From NCBI GenBank assembly GCA_963806685.1, contig CAWDZB010000022.1, positions 16,360 through 80,359 on the forward strand: a stretch of 64,000 nucleotides of DNA, read 5' to 3'. This stretch comes from an uncultured delta proteobacterium. Its GTDB lineage: Bacteria; Desulfobacterota; Desulfuromonadia; Desulfuromonadales; DDH964. Made by a program: the position numbers and the translations under genes. Below, one piece after another: positions 41,749 to 51,864 of the stretch (position 1 is the first letter of the stretch; each line of letters opens with the position of its first letter). The notes beneath the pieces were generated by a model. It had not been told where the DNA came from, ran no database searches, and was given only the letters and a program-made list of their open reading frames with translations.

Positions 41749-42620
41749 GACTCACCCGGGCCGGCGGCCTCTACATCCTGCTCACCCTGCTGCTCGGCTT
41801 CGGCGCCGTCAATACCGGCAACAACCTCCTCTACCTGCTGGTCTCGGCGCTGCTCGGCTTCATGGCGATCTCCGGCGTCCTCGGTCGCAGCAACCTGTTC
41901 GGCCTCGAGTTGCGGGCCGAACCGACCGACGAGATCTACGCCGGAATCGAAACCCTGGTGACTATCCGCCTGCGCAACCGCCGGCGCTGGCTAACAGCCT
42001 GCCTGCTGCGCCTCGAACTTGCCGGCGGCGCCGCTGTCTGCCCGGTCCTCCCCCCCCGCGGCGAGCTGCGCCTGCCGCTGCCGGTTACCTTTCCCCGCCG
42101 CGGCCTGCAGCCGCTGGGGGCGATTCGCGTCAGCTCCCCCTTTCCGATCAATTTCTTCGTGCGCAGCATCGCCCTGCCCCTGGCCGAGGCCGTGACCGTC
42201 TTCCCGGCGCCCCGACCGGTCCCCCGCCCCGGCGGTGGGCCGACCCGAACCGCCCCCGGCGAAGCCTGGCGCGGCAAGGGGTACGAAGGTGAACTGACGC
42301 GGATCGGCGACTACCGCGGCAGCGAACCACTGAAGATGATCCACTGGAAGCTCTCCGCCCGCCATGACCAGCTCATGGTCAAGGAGCTCTCGGCGGCGGC
42401 CACGCCGCCGCTGGTTATCGACCTCGACGAGCTCCCCGGACGCGGCCTGGAGGAGCGCCTGCAAGCCGCCAGCTGGCTGATCGACCAGGCCTTTCGTGCC
42501 TGCCGGCCGGTCGGGCTGCGCCTGGATGGGGTGACCCTCCCGGCGGCCGGGGGCCGGCTGCAAAAACTTCACCTGCTCGGAGCGCTGGCCCGCCATGGTC
42601 ACCATCCGCCGCCCTCTTGA
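41745..42620 (+). CDS. DUF58 protein, probable CTG start
   Basis: In-frame LRLTRAG...GFGAVNTGNNLLYLL upstream of the first ATG (41862); DY...IHWKLSAR..LMVKE. Confidence 0.8.
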   Translation: MRLTRAGGLYILLTLLLGFGAVNTGNNLLYLLVSALLGFMAISGVLGRSNLFGLELRAEPTDEIYAGIETLVTIRLRNRRRWLTACLLRLELAGGAAVCPVLPPRGELRLPLPVTFPRRGLQPLGAIRVSSPFPINFFVRSIALPLAEAVTVFPAPRPVPRPGGGPTRTAPGEAWRGKGYEGELTRIGDYRGSEPLKMIHWKLSARHDQLMVKELSAAATPPLVIDLDELPGRGLEERLQAASWLIDQAFRACRPVGLRLDGVTLPAAGGRLQKLHLLGALARHGHHPPPS

Positions 42621-44517
42621 TCTTTTGACCTACGCCAGCTGCGTGCTCGGCGTGGCGCCGCTCTATCCCCACCTGGAGCCGGCGGCGCAACTGGCGGCCC
42701 CCGCGGCGCTGGCCATCGGCATCGTCTGCGACCGGCGCGACCGCTACCTCCTCGGCCGCCATCCGGCCACACTTCTCTCCCTGCTGCTGTTCGCCTTTTA
42801 CGCCCTGCGCATCAACCGCGCGGACCTGGTCGAACCGGTGGTCAACGTCCTGGTCCTGCTCCTGGCGATCCGCCTGGTGACCGCCAAGAGCGACCGCAAC
42901 TACCTGCAGATCTTCCTGCTGGCGATCTTCGCTCTCGCCGGCTCCTCCCTCCTCTCCCTGAACCTCTTCTTCCTGCCGGTGCTGGTGCTGCTGGTGCTGT
43001 GCCTCACCATCGGCCTGGTCCTGCTCTGCTTTTACGGCAGCGACCCCGGGCTCGCCCTATCCGGCGGAGATCTGCGCAGGGTCCTGGTCTCCGCCCTGCT
43101 GCTGCCGCTCGGCTCGCTGCTGTTGATGCTGGTCTTCTTCGTCATCCTCCCCCGAACTGAGCGGCCGTTGTGGAACTTCCTCAACCCCGGCGCCGCCGCC
43201 GCCAGCGGCTTTTCCGAAACGGTCCGCCCCGGCGCCTTTGCCGGCAATGCGGCGGTGGAGGCCCTGGTTTTCCGGGTGCAGACCGAGCAGCTCCCGTTGG
43301 AGGACCTCTACTGGCGGGGAACGGTCCTGAACACGCTCGAGGGCGACGACTGGCTCCGCAGGGAACCGCCGGCCGGCGAAAGGGTGCGGCTGCGCGGCGG
43401 CCGCCGGGTCAGCCAGACGATCTACCTGGAACCGCAGAACAACCGCTTCCTGTTCGCGCTGGATCCGCCCGCCGCCCTGGCGGGGATTCACGCGCGCAGC
43501 AGCGGCGACATGGTCAGCATGGTCCCGCGACCAATGAACCGGCGGATCAGCTACCAGGCACAATCGCCGGTCGGCGCGACCATGGAAGCCGCCACAGCGA
43601 CCGGCCGGGACTTCTACCTGCACACCCCCGCCGGGATTTCGGCGCGGCTACGCGCAACCGCCGCCCGTCTGGCGGCCGGTACCGACGATGCCGGGGAGAA
43701 AGTGGCGCGCACGGAAGCCTTTTTCCGCGCCCAAAAGCTGAGCTATGCCACCGAAAACCTGCCGGGGCCGACGGCGCCCATCGACGACTTTCTGTTCGGG
43801 AAGAAGCGCGGCTACTGTGAATTCTTCGCCAGCAGTTTCGCCCTGCTGCTGCGCCTTGAGGGCGTGCCGGCGCGCCTGGTCGGCGGCTACCATGGCGGCA
43901 CCTGGAACGCATTCGGTGGGTATTACACGGTCACCGAGAACATGGCCCACGTCTGGGTGGAGGTCCTGATCGACGGCGCCTGGCAGCGCCGCGACCCGAG
44001 CAGCCTGGCCCAAAACGCCCCGAGCGTGGCCGCCGCGCTCGCGGGGCGCACCGTGCCCTGGAGCCGATCCCTGCTCGACGCCGCCGAATACTACTGGACC
44101 CAGGCGGTCATCACCTACGACCTGGGACGCCAACTCGAACTGGTGCGCGGCGCCGGTCGCCGCCTGGGCGGGTTGCAGCCCGGCAACCTGCCCTCCCCGC
44201 GCAAACTGCTGCTCCCCGGGTTCCTGCTGGTGCTGACGGGGGCCGGCGGCTGGCTGCTGCTGTGGCTGCGCATCCCGGCCGAGCAGCGCCTGGCCCGACG
44301 CTTTCTGCGCCTGGCGACCCGCCGCCAGGGCCTGGAAGAAATCCCCGCGGCGGAAGGTCTGGAACATCTGGCGGAACGCCTCGGCGATCCTCATAGTCGG
44401 GAGTTCGCACGGATTTTCGGCGGCGCCGTCTTCCGCGACCGTCACCTGAGTGGGGCGGAAAAGCAGCGGCTGCGCTTCTTGCTGAAGGAACTGCGGAAGA
44501 AACCTGGAGGGGAGTGA
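42595..44517 (+). CDS. Membrane transglutaminase-like protein (TgpA/DUF3488)
   Basis: Multi-TM N-terminus, LYWRG, GYCEFFAS, PARLVGGY.GG, AHVWVEV. Confidence 0.9.
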   Translation: MVTIRRPLDLLTYASCVLGVAPLYPHLEPAAQLAAPAALAIGIVCDRRDRYLLGRHPATLLSLLLFAFYALRINRADLVEPVVNVLVLLLAIRLVTAKSDRNYLQIFLLAIFALAGSSLLSLNLFFLPVLVLLVLCLTIGLVLLCFYGSDPGLALSGGDLRRVLVSALLLPLGSLLLMLVFFVILPRTERPLWNFLNPGAAAASGFSETVRPGAFAGNAAVEALVFRVQTEQLPLEDLYWRGTVLNTLEGDDWLRREPPAGERVRLRGGRRVSQTIYLEPQNNRFLFALDPPAALAGIHARSSGDMVSMVPRPMNRRISYQAQSPVGATMEAATATGRDFYLHTPAGISARLRATAARLAAGTDDAGEKVARTEAFFRAQKLSYATENLPGPTAPIDDFLFGKKRGYCEFFASSFALLLRLEGVPARLVGGYHGGTWNAFGGYYTVTENMAHVWVEVLIDGAWQRRDPSSLAQNAPSVAAALAGRTVPWSRSLLDAAEYYWTQAVITYDLGRQLELVRGAGRRLGGLQPGNLPSPRKLLLPGFLLVLTGAGGWLLLWLRIPAEQRLARRFLRLATRRQGLEEIPAAEGLEHLAERLGDPHSREFARIFGGAVFRDRHLSGAEKQRLRFLLKELRKKPGGE

Positions 44518-44533
44518 GAAGGGGGGAGTCGGC

Positions 44534-45829
44534 TCAGTTGTCGCCGCCGGGCCGGCGCCGCCGGCCGCCACGGGACCGGCGCCTGCGGGGACGGCGGCTC
44601 TGCGTCTGACCCTCGGAGGCAGGTGTCGGCGGCGCGGCCGCTCGGTCCAGCAGCTCTTGCCAGCGGGCCGCCAGGGTCTGCTCGGTCCCACTCGCCTGGG
44701 CCCACAAGCGCAGCAGTTCCAGGGCACCGGGGGTGGCCGGATGTTGGAGAAAGCGGCGTTCGCCGCGGAATCCCGGGCCGCGGCTGAGGCGGAAAAAGCC
44801 GACCAGCAGTTCGCGGGCCTGATGGCGGATGCCGTGGGCGATGTGGAAGTAATTGCAATGGGGGGCCAGAATCAGTCCAGCGAGACGAACCACGTCGGTC
44901 AGGGTCGCCGCTTCCTGCCCCTGGTAGAGGCGGCGGAATCGGGACAGGAAGAGGACCGCCAGCGCCAGCGGCTCGTCGACCGGCACCCCGGAGGCGGTAC
45001 GCGCGTCGAGCTGCTCGAGCAGCGCGAAGGTCTCCTCGTCCCCCTCATAGCCGGCCAGCAGGTGCGGCAACAGGCCCACCCCCTGGGCGCTCGCCAGGAC
45101 CTTGGCGGCCACCCGGTGCCGGAACAGTTCCATCAGCTCTTCGCGAATGCGCGCCGGGGCTGCCTCGGCGATCAGTGAAGCACGCAGGTAGATTGCCTCG
45201 CGAGCAGCCGGGTCGAGGGTAAAATCAAGCCGGGCAGAGAACTCCAGGGCCCGCAGCATGCGGACCGGGTCCTCAGTAAAGCGCACCAGCGGGTCGCCGA
45301 TAACCCGCAGCCGCCGCTCGCGCAGGTCCTCGAGACCGCCGACGTAATCGAGGATGGCAAAGCTCTCGATATCGTAGAAGAGGGCGTTGATGGTGAAATC
45401 GCGGCGGGAGGCATCCTCCCGCGGGGTACCGAAGATATTCTCGGCAAAGAAGAAATGGTCTTCGGGATTTTCCGGCAGATCGTCGGCAGTGGCCTGGCGG
45501 CGGAAGGTGGCGACCTCGATTAAATTGTCGCGACCGAAACGGATATGGGCGAGGCGGAACCTCCGTCCCACCAGGAAGCAATTGCGAAACAGCTTCTTGA
45601 CCTGGTTGGGCGTGGCATCGGTGCCGACGTCAAAATCCTTGGGGGTACGACCGAGCAGCAAGTCGCGCACCCCGCCGCCCACCAGGTAGGCTTTGAAGCC
45701 GTTGCGGGCCAGGCGATAGAGGACCTTGAGGGTATCCTCGTCGATCTGCTTGCGGGAAATGGAATGTTCAGAGCGGGGGAGAACGACCGGATCGGCGGCG
45801 GGAGAAGAATCGGCTGGTTCTGGTTTCAT
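44534..45829 (-). CDS. pcnB: Poly(A) polymerase I
   Basis: LVGGGVRD, KDFDV, PcnB signature LVGRRFRLAHIRF, RRDFTIN, EDPVRMLR, Arg-rich tail. Confidence 0.92.
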   Translation of the reverse strand: MKPEPADSSPAADPVVLPRSEHSISRKQIDEDTLKVLYRLARNGFKAYLVGGGVRDLLLGRTPKDFDVGTDATPNQVKKLFRNCFLVGRRFRLAHIRFGRDNLIEVATFRRQATADDLPENPEDHFFFAENIFGTPREDASRRDFTINALFYDIESFAILDYVGGLEDLRERRLRVIGDPLVRFTEDPVRMLRALEFSARLDFTLDPAAREAIYLRASLIAEAAPARIREELMELFRHRVAAKVLASAQGVGLLPHLLAGYEGDEETFALLEQLDARTASGVPVDEPLALAVLFLSRFRRLYQGQEAATLTDVVRLAGLILAPHCNYFHIAHGIRHQARELLVGFFRLSRGPGFRGERRFLQHPATPGALELLRLWAQASGTEQTLAARWQELLDRAAAPPTPASEGQTQSRRPRRRRSRGGRRRRPGGDN

Positions 45830-46030
45830 CACGGACGGCCAAAAGGCATGCTGGGAAAGAAAAATGGGCAAATCCTCCTAAATCTAGCAGAGCCAGCCGG
45901 CAAAGGAAAGAAGGAATGTGCCGAATCGAGGACAGCGGTTGAATTTTCCGCCGAGAGCCGCTAAGGTGCTTTTTTTCACCGGGCCCGGTTTGCTTCAGGG
46001 TGCCCGATTCCGCGTTGAAGGGGTGTTTAC

Positions 46031-46772
46031 ATGGTTCGTCCGTCGTGGAAAATGGCTATCGGCCTGGTTCTGGTGGGACTTTCCATTCTGCTCGGTCTGG
46101 CTCATGTCGCACTGTTCGGCGAGCCAAGGACCCTGGCGTTCAATCTCGGGGTGGGGATCGTCTTCGTCCCGGTGCAGGTGCTGCTGGTCACCTTGATCAT
46201 CGAGCGGCTGCTCAACGAGCGGGAAAAACAGGCACTGATCAAGAAGCTCAACATGGTGATCGGCGCTTTCATGAGCGAGGTGGGTGCCGGCCTGCTGCGC
46301 CGGGTCGATGCCTTCTGCGGGGAGGAGCCCGATCTCGCCCGCAACCTGGCAGTGACCACGGAATGGGGCCGGGTGCACTACCGAAAAGCGGTCCGCTTTG
46401 CCGAGGATTACCAGGCCCAGCTGGCCACCGACGCCGGCCAGCTGGCGGAGCTGCGCGAATTCCTGCTCGACCGGCGCCCTTTCATTCTCGGCCTGTTGCA
46501 GAATCCCAACCTGCTCGAACACGACACTTTCACCGACCTGCTCTGGGCCGTCTGCCACCTCACCGAGGAACTCGAGGCGCGCAAGAGATTTCGAGAATCT
46601 CCCGGAGACCGACCTCCAGCACCTCTACGGCGACATCCGGCGGGCCAACAGCACCCTGATCCGGGAGTGGCTCGGCTACATGCAACACCTGCAGCACGAT
46701 TATCCCTACATGTTCTCCCTGGCCACCCGGATGAACCCCTTCAATCCCGAGGCCTCGGCCGTGGTCTATTGA
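46031..46772 (+). CDS. Conserved hypothetical membrane protein, frameshift near 46585
   Basis: NPNLLEHDTFTDLLWAVCHL.EEL continues in another frame as DFENLPETDLQHL...YPYMFSLA.RMNPF. Confidence 0.7.
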
Positions 46773-46783
46773 CCCGCTCGGAT

Positions 46784-46811
46784 CCCTGGACCCTGGACCT
46801 TGAACCTTAAT
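46784..46811 (+). repeat. Short heptamer array overlapping the miaA start
   Basis: CCCTGGA CCCTGGA CCTTGAA CCTTAAT; same units as the array at 29090. Confidence 0.8.
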
Positions 46812-47738
46812 AAAGACTTCAACCTTCTCGTCATCCTCGGCCCGACCGCCTCGGGCAAGACCCGCCTGGCCGTGGCCGCCGCCCGGCTGCTGGACGGCGA
46901 GATCATCTCCGCCGATTCGCGCCAGGTCTACCGCGGCATGGATCTCGGCACCGGCAAGGACCTGGCCGAGTACGGCGAGATTCCCCATCACCTGATCGAT
47001 ATCGCCACGCCGGGGGAGGAATACAACCTCTTCCGCTTCCAGCGCGACTGCTTCGCCGCCATCGCAGCAGTTGGCAGGCGGAAGCGGCTGCCGATCCTCT
47101 GCGGCGGCACCGGCCTCTATCTCGATGCGATGCTGCGCGGCTACCGCCTGGTCGAGGTAGCGGAAAATCCCGCGCTGCGCGCCGAGCTTGCGGCCCTCGA
47201 CGACGTGCAGCTGGCCGAGCGCCTGCTGCAACTGCGCCCAGAGCAGCACAACACCACCGATCTCACCGACCGGGCACGACTGATCCGGGCCATCGAGATC
47301 GCCGAGGGCGAAGCGGCGGCGGCTGCCGAACTCCCCCCGCTGCCGGAATTGCGGCCGCTGGTCTGCGGTCTGCGCTGGGAGCGCGGGGAACTGCGCGGGC
47401 GCATCGCCGCTCGCCTGCAGCAGCGGTTGGAGGCGGGGATGATCGATGAGGTCCAGCGGTTGCACGACGCCGGTACCCCTTGGGAGAAGCTGGAGTTCTA
47501 CGGCCTCGAATACCGCCTGATCGCCCAGTTCCTTCAGGGCCGGCTGCGTCGCAACGACATGGTGCAGAAGCTGCGCGGCGAGATCAGCCAGTTCGCCAAG
47601 CGCCAGGAGACCTTCTTCCGGCGCATGGAGCGGCAGGGGGTTGCGATTCACTGGCTAGTAGGGACAGACGACCCGTTCACCCAGCTGCTGGCGGTGCTGC
47701 AAACGGTCCAGTTGCCGCCAGTTCCGGTGTCGTCATGA
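46800..47738 (+). CDS. miaA: tRNA dimethylallyltransferase
   Basis: GPTASGKT, SADSRQVY.GMD.GTGK, GGTGLY, AKRQ.T. Confidence 0.93.
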   Translation: MNLNKDFNLLVILGPTASGKTRLAVAAARLLDGEIISADSRQVYRGMDLGTGKDLAEYGEIPHHLIDIATPGEEYNLFRFQRDCFAAIAAVGRRKRLPILCGGTGLYLDAMLRGYRLVEVAENPALRAELAALDDVQLAERLLQLRPEQHNTTDLTDRARLIRAIEIAEGEAAAAAELPPLPELRPLVCGLRWERGELRGRIAARLQQRLEAGMIDEVQRLHDAGTPWEKLEFYGLEYRLIAQFLQGRLRRNDMVQKLRGEISQFAKRQETFFRRMERQGVAIHWLVGTDDPFTQLLAVLQTVQLPPVPVSS

Positions 47739-49000
47739 CCCTTCCCCCCTGGCAGCGCTATCTCGCCAAGCGTGCCGCCACCGGCCCCTGGCGACTCGAA
47801 GGGGAACCCGGCCGCGGCTTCAACGGCGCCGTGGTCATCCCGGCGCTGGCCGAAACCGCCTCCCTGCCGCACACCCTGGCCAGCCTTGCCGCCAATCCCC
47901 CGGAGCAGCTCGCTCGATGGCTGGTGGTGATCGTCGTCAACCATCGCGCCGATGTCGACCCTGCGGCGCAGGCGGACAACCGCCACACCTTGGCCATGCT
48001 CGCAGCGGCCGATCAGCGCTGGCCGGGACTTGCAGCTGGCCTGGGTCGACGCCGCCTCGCCGGGACGGGAACTACCGGCCGGCGAGGGGGTGGGGCTGGC
48101 CCGCAAGCTCGGTTGCGACCTGGCCCTGGAGCGCCTCGACTGGGCTGACCGGGGGGACCGCTGTTTGCCATGCTCGATGCCGACACCCTGGTCGCGGCAA
48201 ATTACCTGGCAGCCCTGCAGCGGCATTTTGCCGCCCGCCCGGAAGGTGCAGCGACCGTCCCCTTCTGCCACCAGCCGGGGGAGAACCCGGCCCTCGACGA
48301 CGCCATCCGGCGCTACGAAGTCTACCTGCGCGGTTATCTGCTCGGCCTGACCCTGGCCGGCTCCCCCTACGCCTACCCAACCATTGGCAGCACCATCGCC
48401 TGCCGCGCCGCGGCCTACCTGCGGGCCGGGGGAATGAACCGGCGGCAGGCCGGGGAGGATTTCTATTTTCTCCAGCAACTGGCCAAAACCGGCGGCGTGG
48501 TGCCGCTGACCGGCACCCTGGTGCAGCCGGCGGCGCGTCCCTCGCAGCGGGTTCCCTTCGGCACCGGGCCGATCCTGCGCCGCCTGGTGGCGGGTGACCC
48601 GGCCGCGGTTCTCTGCCATCCGCGCGAGGCCTTTGTGCTGCTTCGGGACTGGCTCGCCCTGGCCGACCGGGCGGCCCCGGCGACCAGCGGCGCGGAACTG
48701 CTTGCCGCCGCCGGCAAGATTGCACCGGAATTGGGTGGATTTCTAGGGGAGCTCGGCCTGGTGCGCTGCTGGGACCTGCTGCGCCGGACCCACCGTTCCC
48801 GCGGTGCCCTGACCCGGGGATTCCATGGCTGGTTCGATGCCCTGCAGACCCGCCGCCTGCTGCATCGCCTGGCCGCCGGCACCTGCCCCCGGGTTCCCGC
48901 CGAGCAGGCCCTGCCGCCGCTGCTGGCCTGGGCCGGACTCGAGCCTGCTGAAAAAATCGGCAGACAACTTGCATTATTGCAGGGGTTACAGCACACTTAA
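47735..49000 (+). CDS. GT-A fold (GT2-like) glycosyltransferase, frameshifts near 48025 and 48155
   Basis: VVIPALAE, IVVN, GVGLARKLG.D, LDADT, GGMN...GEDFYFL spread over three frames. Confidence 0.7.
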
Positions 49001-49081
49001 CATGGCCGCCGTGACCCTTCCCATCCCATTTCAAAATCGCGGCGATTACGATTCGTTGCCCATCTTTCCCGGGAAAATACT

Positions 49082-49459
49082 ATGACCAAGACCTCTACCG
49101 GCCAGCCGTCATCCCCCCAGCAAGGTCATGCGCGCAGGGACCTGCGCGCGCCTCTAATCGTTTACCGTCTGCGATTTGACGATGGTCGGCGAACATTTTT
49201 TGGTTATAGCAAGAACATCAGCCGCGGCGGCCTGTTCATTGCCACGGTCAATCCCCGCGAGCCCGGCAGCCGCTTCGAGGTCGAAATTCCCCTCCCTGCG
49301 CCCCTCAGTCGGACCGTTCGCTGTACCTGCGAAGTGGTCTGGAACCGCCAGTTTGAGCGCGGCGTCGCCTTCGAGCCGGGGATGGGCCTGAAGTTCATCG
49401 ACCTCCCCGAGGAGGCGGCCGCCGTCATCGACACCTGGGCCAAAGAGCAGAAGTCCTGA
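49082..49459 (+). CDS. PilZ-domain c-di-GMP receptor
   Basis: RRDLR and NISRGG motifs, GMGLKF. Confidence 0.9.
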   Translation: MTKTSTGQPSSPQQGHARRDLRAPLIVYRLRFDDGRRTFFGYSKNISRGGLFIATVNPREPGSRFEVEIPLPAPLSRTVRCTCEVVWNRQFERGVAFEPGMGLKFIDLPEEAAAVIDTWAKEQKS

Positions 49460-49527
49460 CCCACCTTGCGGAATCGGCAGGGCGTGGCACCCTTGAGACG
49501 TGACCCCCTGCCGGCACGGAGGCATCG

Positions 49528-49923
49528 ATGAAGGGCTTGTTGCTGCGTTGGCTGATCCTGACAATGGCGATTCTGGCCGCCGCATACCTGCTTGACGGGA
49601 TTATCGTCGCCGGCTTCTTCTCCGCCCTTGCCGCCGCCGCCCTCCTCGGCATCCTCAATGCCCTGTTTCGCCCCATCCTGCTGCTGATCACCCTCCCCCT
49701 CAACATCCTCACCCTCGGCCTCTTTACCTTCGTCATCAATGCCTTGCTGCTGATGATGGTCTCCGGCGTCATCGGCGGCCTGGCTGTCAAGGGCTTTGCC
49801 AGCGCCCTGCTGGCCTCGCTGGTGATCAGCTTGGTCAGCTGGCTGCTCACCTCGCTGGTCAACGACGAGGGGAAGGTCGACATCATCGTCCTGCGCCGCA
49901 AGGGGACCGATCGCTGGGAGTAA
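49528..49923 (+). CDS. YvlD/DUF360 (4-TM phage-holin-like family) membrane protein
   Basis: LNALFRPIL..ITLP..ILTLGLF.FVINA. Confidence 0.88.
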   Translation: MKGLLLRWLILTMAILAAAYLLDGIIVAGFFSALAAAALLGILNALFRPILLLITLPLNILTLGLFTFVINALLLMMVSGVIGGLAVKGFASALLASLVISLVSWLLTSLVNDEGKVDIIVLRRKGTDRWE

Positions 49924-49959
49924 GCCAGTGAAGCCGACCGCAAAAGGAAGATTCTCGGG

Positions 49960-50253
49960 CTAGGCTCGGCGGGATATTCCCCGGCAGAACCTTGGGTCGG
50001 GGGGAACGTCGCGGAGGCTGGTCACGGCCAGGACCAGCACCAGGGTGAGGGAGAAAACTTCCAGCAACAGGCGGGGGTAATCGGGCACAAACCGCCAGCC
50101 CGGCAGGGACGGCGGGGCCCACAACCAGGCGTAATACGGACCGTCGCCGGACCTTGGGCCGGTCCAGTTCTCGCCGCGCCAGGGCGGCAGGGCCACGGCA
50201 ATCAGCAGCAGCAGGGCGTAGGCGTCGAATTCCCGACGGACAAAGCGGTTCAT
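49960..50253 (-). CDS. Small hypothetical membrane protein
   Basis: Two hydrophobic segments; fills the gap behind the 50285 gene. Confidence 0.5.
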   Translation of the reverse strand: MNRFVRREFDAYALLLLIAVALPPWRGENWTGPRSGDGPYYAWLWAPPSLPGWRFVPDYPRLLLEVFSLTLVLVLAVTSLRDVPPDPRFCRGISRRA

Positions 50254-50284
50254 GGGTTAACCCTGACCTGCGGCCGGTGCCGGG

Positions 50285-51592
50285 CTAGAGGGAACTGGCG
50301 TCGAGTGAAGCGGCAATCTCCAACTCCCGCAGCTTCAAGGCCATTCTTCGCCGCACCGCGGTGGGGATCTCCACGTGCAGACAAAGGGCATCGGAACGCA
50401 GCTTACGCGCCGCCATGCGCTGCATGGCGTTGCCGCCGGCCCCGGGAAGCCAGCGCAGATCCTCCCGCGGCAGGAAGGTGCGCTCCTCTCCGCGCAACAG
50501 GCTGTGCACCTCGCTCCGCGGGTCGAGGAGGCGGCCGATCAGCTGCAGCCCGCCGAGCAGGGCGAAATTATAGCACTGGTGCGGGGCCGAGCAGAACTGG
50601 AGAAAAATTTCCGAGGAGAGCGCGCGCAACAGGCCGAGCCCGAAGCGCAGGGTCGGCGCCGGGAAGAGGTGCAGCACGTCGCCATGGCTCTCCAGCCGGC
50701 CCAGCTCTTCACCCCGCGGCCAGGGGGAAAACCCGCCGAGGCCGACCACCAGCCGCTCATCGTCCTGGCGGGTACCGACGCAACCATGCAGGTCGATGAC
50801 CAGCGCCGGTGCCGGGGCGCCGAGGATGTCCACCAACCGGACGAACCCCTCCTCGAGCTTGTAGCAATAGGGGTGACCGTGGGCATCGACGTAGGGGTAG
50901 ATGACGTCGATATTGCTCGGGTTCAGCGGCACCCCCCATCCTTTGAGCCGCTCCAGGTTTTCGTCGGAGAGCGGCTCGCGGCCGGAAAAGCCGAGATTGA
51001 TCAGCGCCGCTCCGCCCCTGCCGGTACGCAAAAAGTACAGGGCCACTTCCAGGGTATGGGGATCATAAGGACCGTGGGTGGCGGTCAGCAGCGGCTCGTC
51101 GGCATGGCGGCCACTACCGCGCCGCAATAGGAGAACCCCGCCGGCGGCATCCGGCAGATAGCGGGCGGCAAAGCCGGGGAGCGCCCGGTCGGCCTCCCGC
51201 CAGCCGCTGTCCGCGACCGGGACGCGGCCGAAGAACCAGGTCAACACCCGCTGCCGCCAGGCGGCCACGAAGCGCAGGACGCGGTTCTGAAGCCGGTAGT
51301 AGACGGCATAATGCTCCGCATCCAGGTAAACCCGGACGCCGAGTCGCTGGAGCAGGGTGCGGTTATAGTTGTTCTGGGTGGTCGCCAGCAGCCGTCCGGT
51401 AATCTCTTCCATGCCGGCGAAGTCCTCCTCGCCAAACCCTTCGGTGACCAGTTCGACGCGCTTCAGGTGCCGGTAGTCCTCGCGGCCGATCTCCACCTCC
51501 AGACGGTTGAGATGGCGGCGGAACGGGGCACTGCTGTCGACCTGGAATTCACAGCGGAACAGGTCGGGGATTTTCGGTGGGCCAGGTTTCAT
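50285..51592 (-). CDS. Hypothetical protein with Zn-hydrolase-like motifs
   Basis: RBS AGGAG; LLTATHGPYD.HT, VIDLHG, CLHVEIP. Confidence 0.7.
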   Translation of the reverse strand: MKPGPPKIPDLFRCEFQVDSSAPFRRHLNRLEVEIGREDYRHLKRVELVTEGFGEEDFAGMEEITGRLLATTQNNYNRTLLQRLGVRVYLDAEHYAVYYRLQNRVLRFVAAWRQRVLTWFFGRVPVADSGWREADRALPGFAARYLPDAAGGVLLLRRGSGRHADEPLLTATHGPYDPHTLEVALYFLRTGRGGAALINLGFSGREPLSDENLERLKGWGVPLNPSNIDVIYPYVDAHGHPYCYKLEEGFVRLVDILGAPAPALVIDLHGCVGTRQDDERLVVGLGGFSPWPRGEELGRLESHGDVLHLFPAPTLRFGLGLLRALSSEIFLQFCSAPHQCYNFALLGGLQLIGRLLDPRSEVHSLLRGEERTFLPREDLRWLPGAGGNAMQRMAARKLRSDALCLHVEIPTAVRRRMALKLRELEIAASLDASSL

Positions 51593-51864
51593 ATCGCTCC
51601 TTCTGTTCCTCTTCAGCATACCGCCCGAGTTGCGCCTGGACAACCGCCGGCCGCCGACCGCTTTTCACCGAGGTTGGCGGGCGACGTCGGGGACGCCACC
51701 CGGCCTGGATAAACTATTGCCAGGTTGGGGCTAAGATGCTATTTTCTCTGGGTTGACTGCCCTTCATGGGCAGCCTGGGATGCTTCCGGCAACCGCCGGG
51801 GCCCTGGCCGACGGCGTCCCCACTCAGCATCGCCGCCACCGCCCATCCAGACAGAGGGGTTCGC

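Noticed and set aside
49528-49923. Holin as a sign of a prophage
   Set aside because: YvlD/DUF360 is a common chromosomal membrane family; no phage genes nearby.
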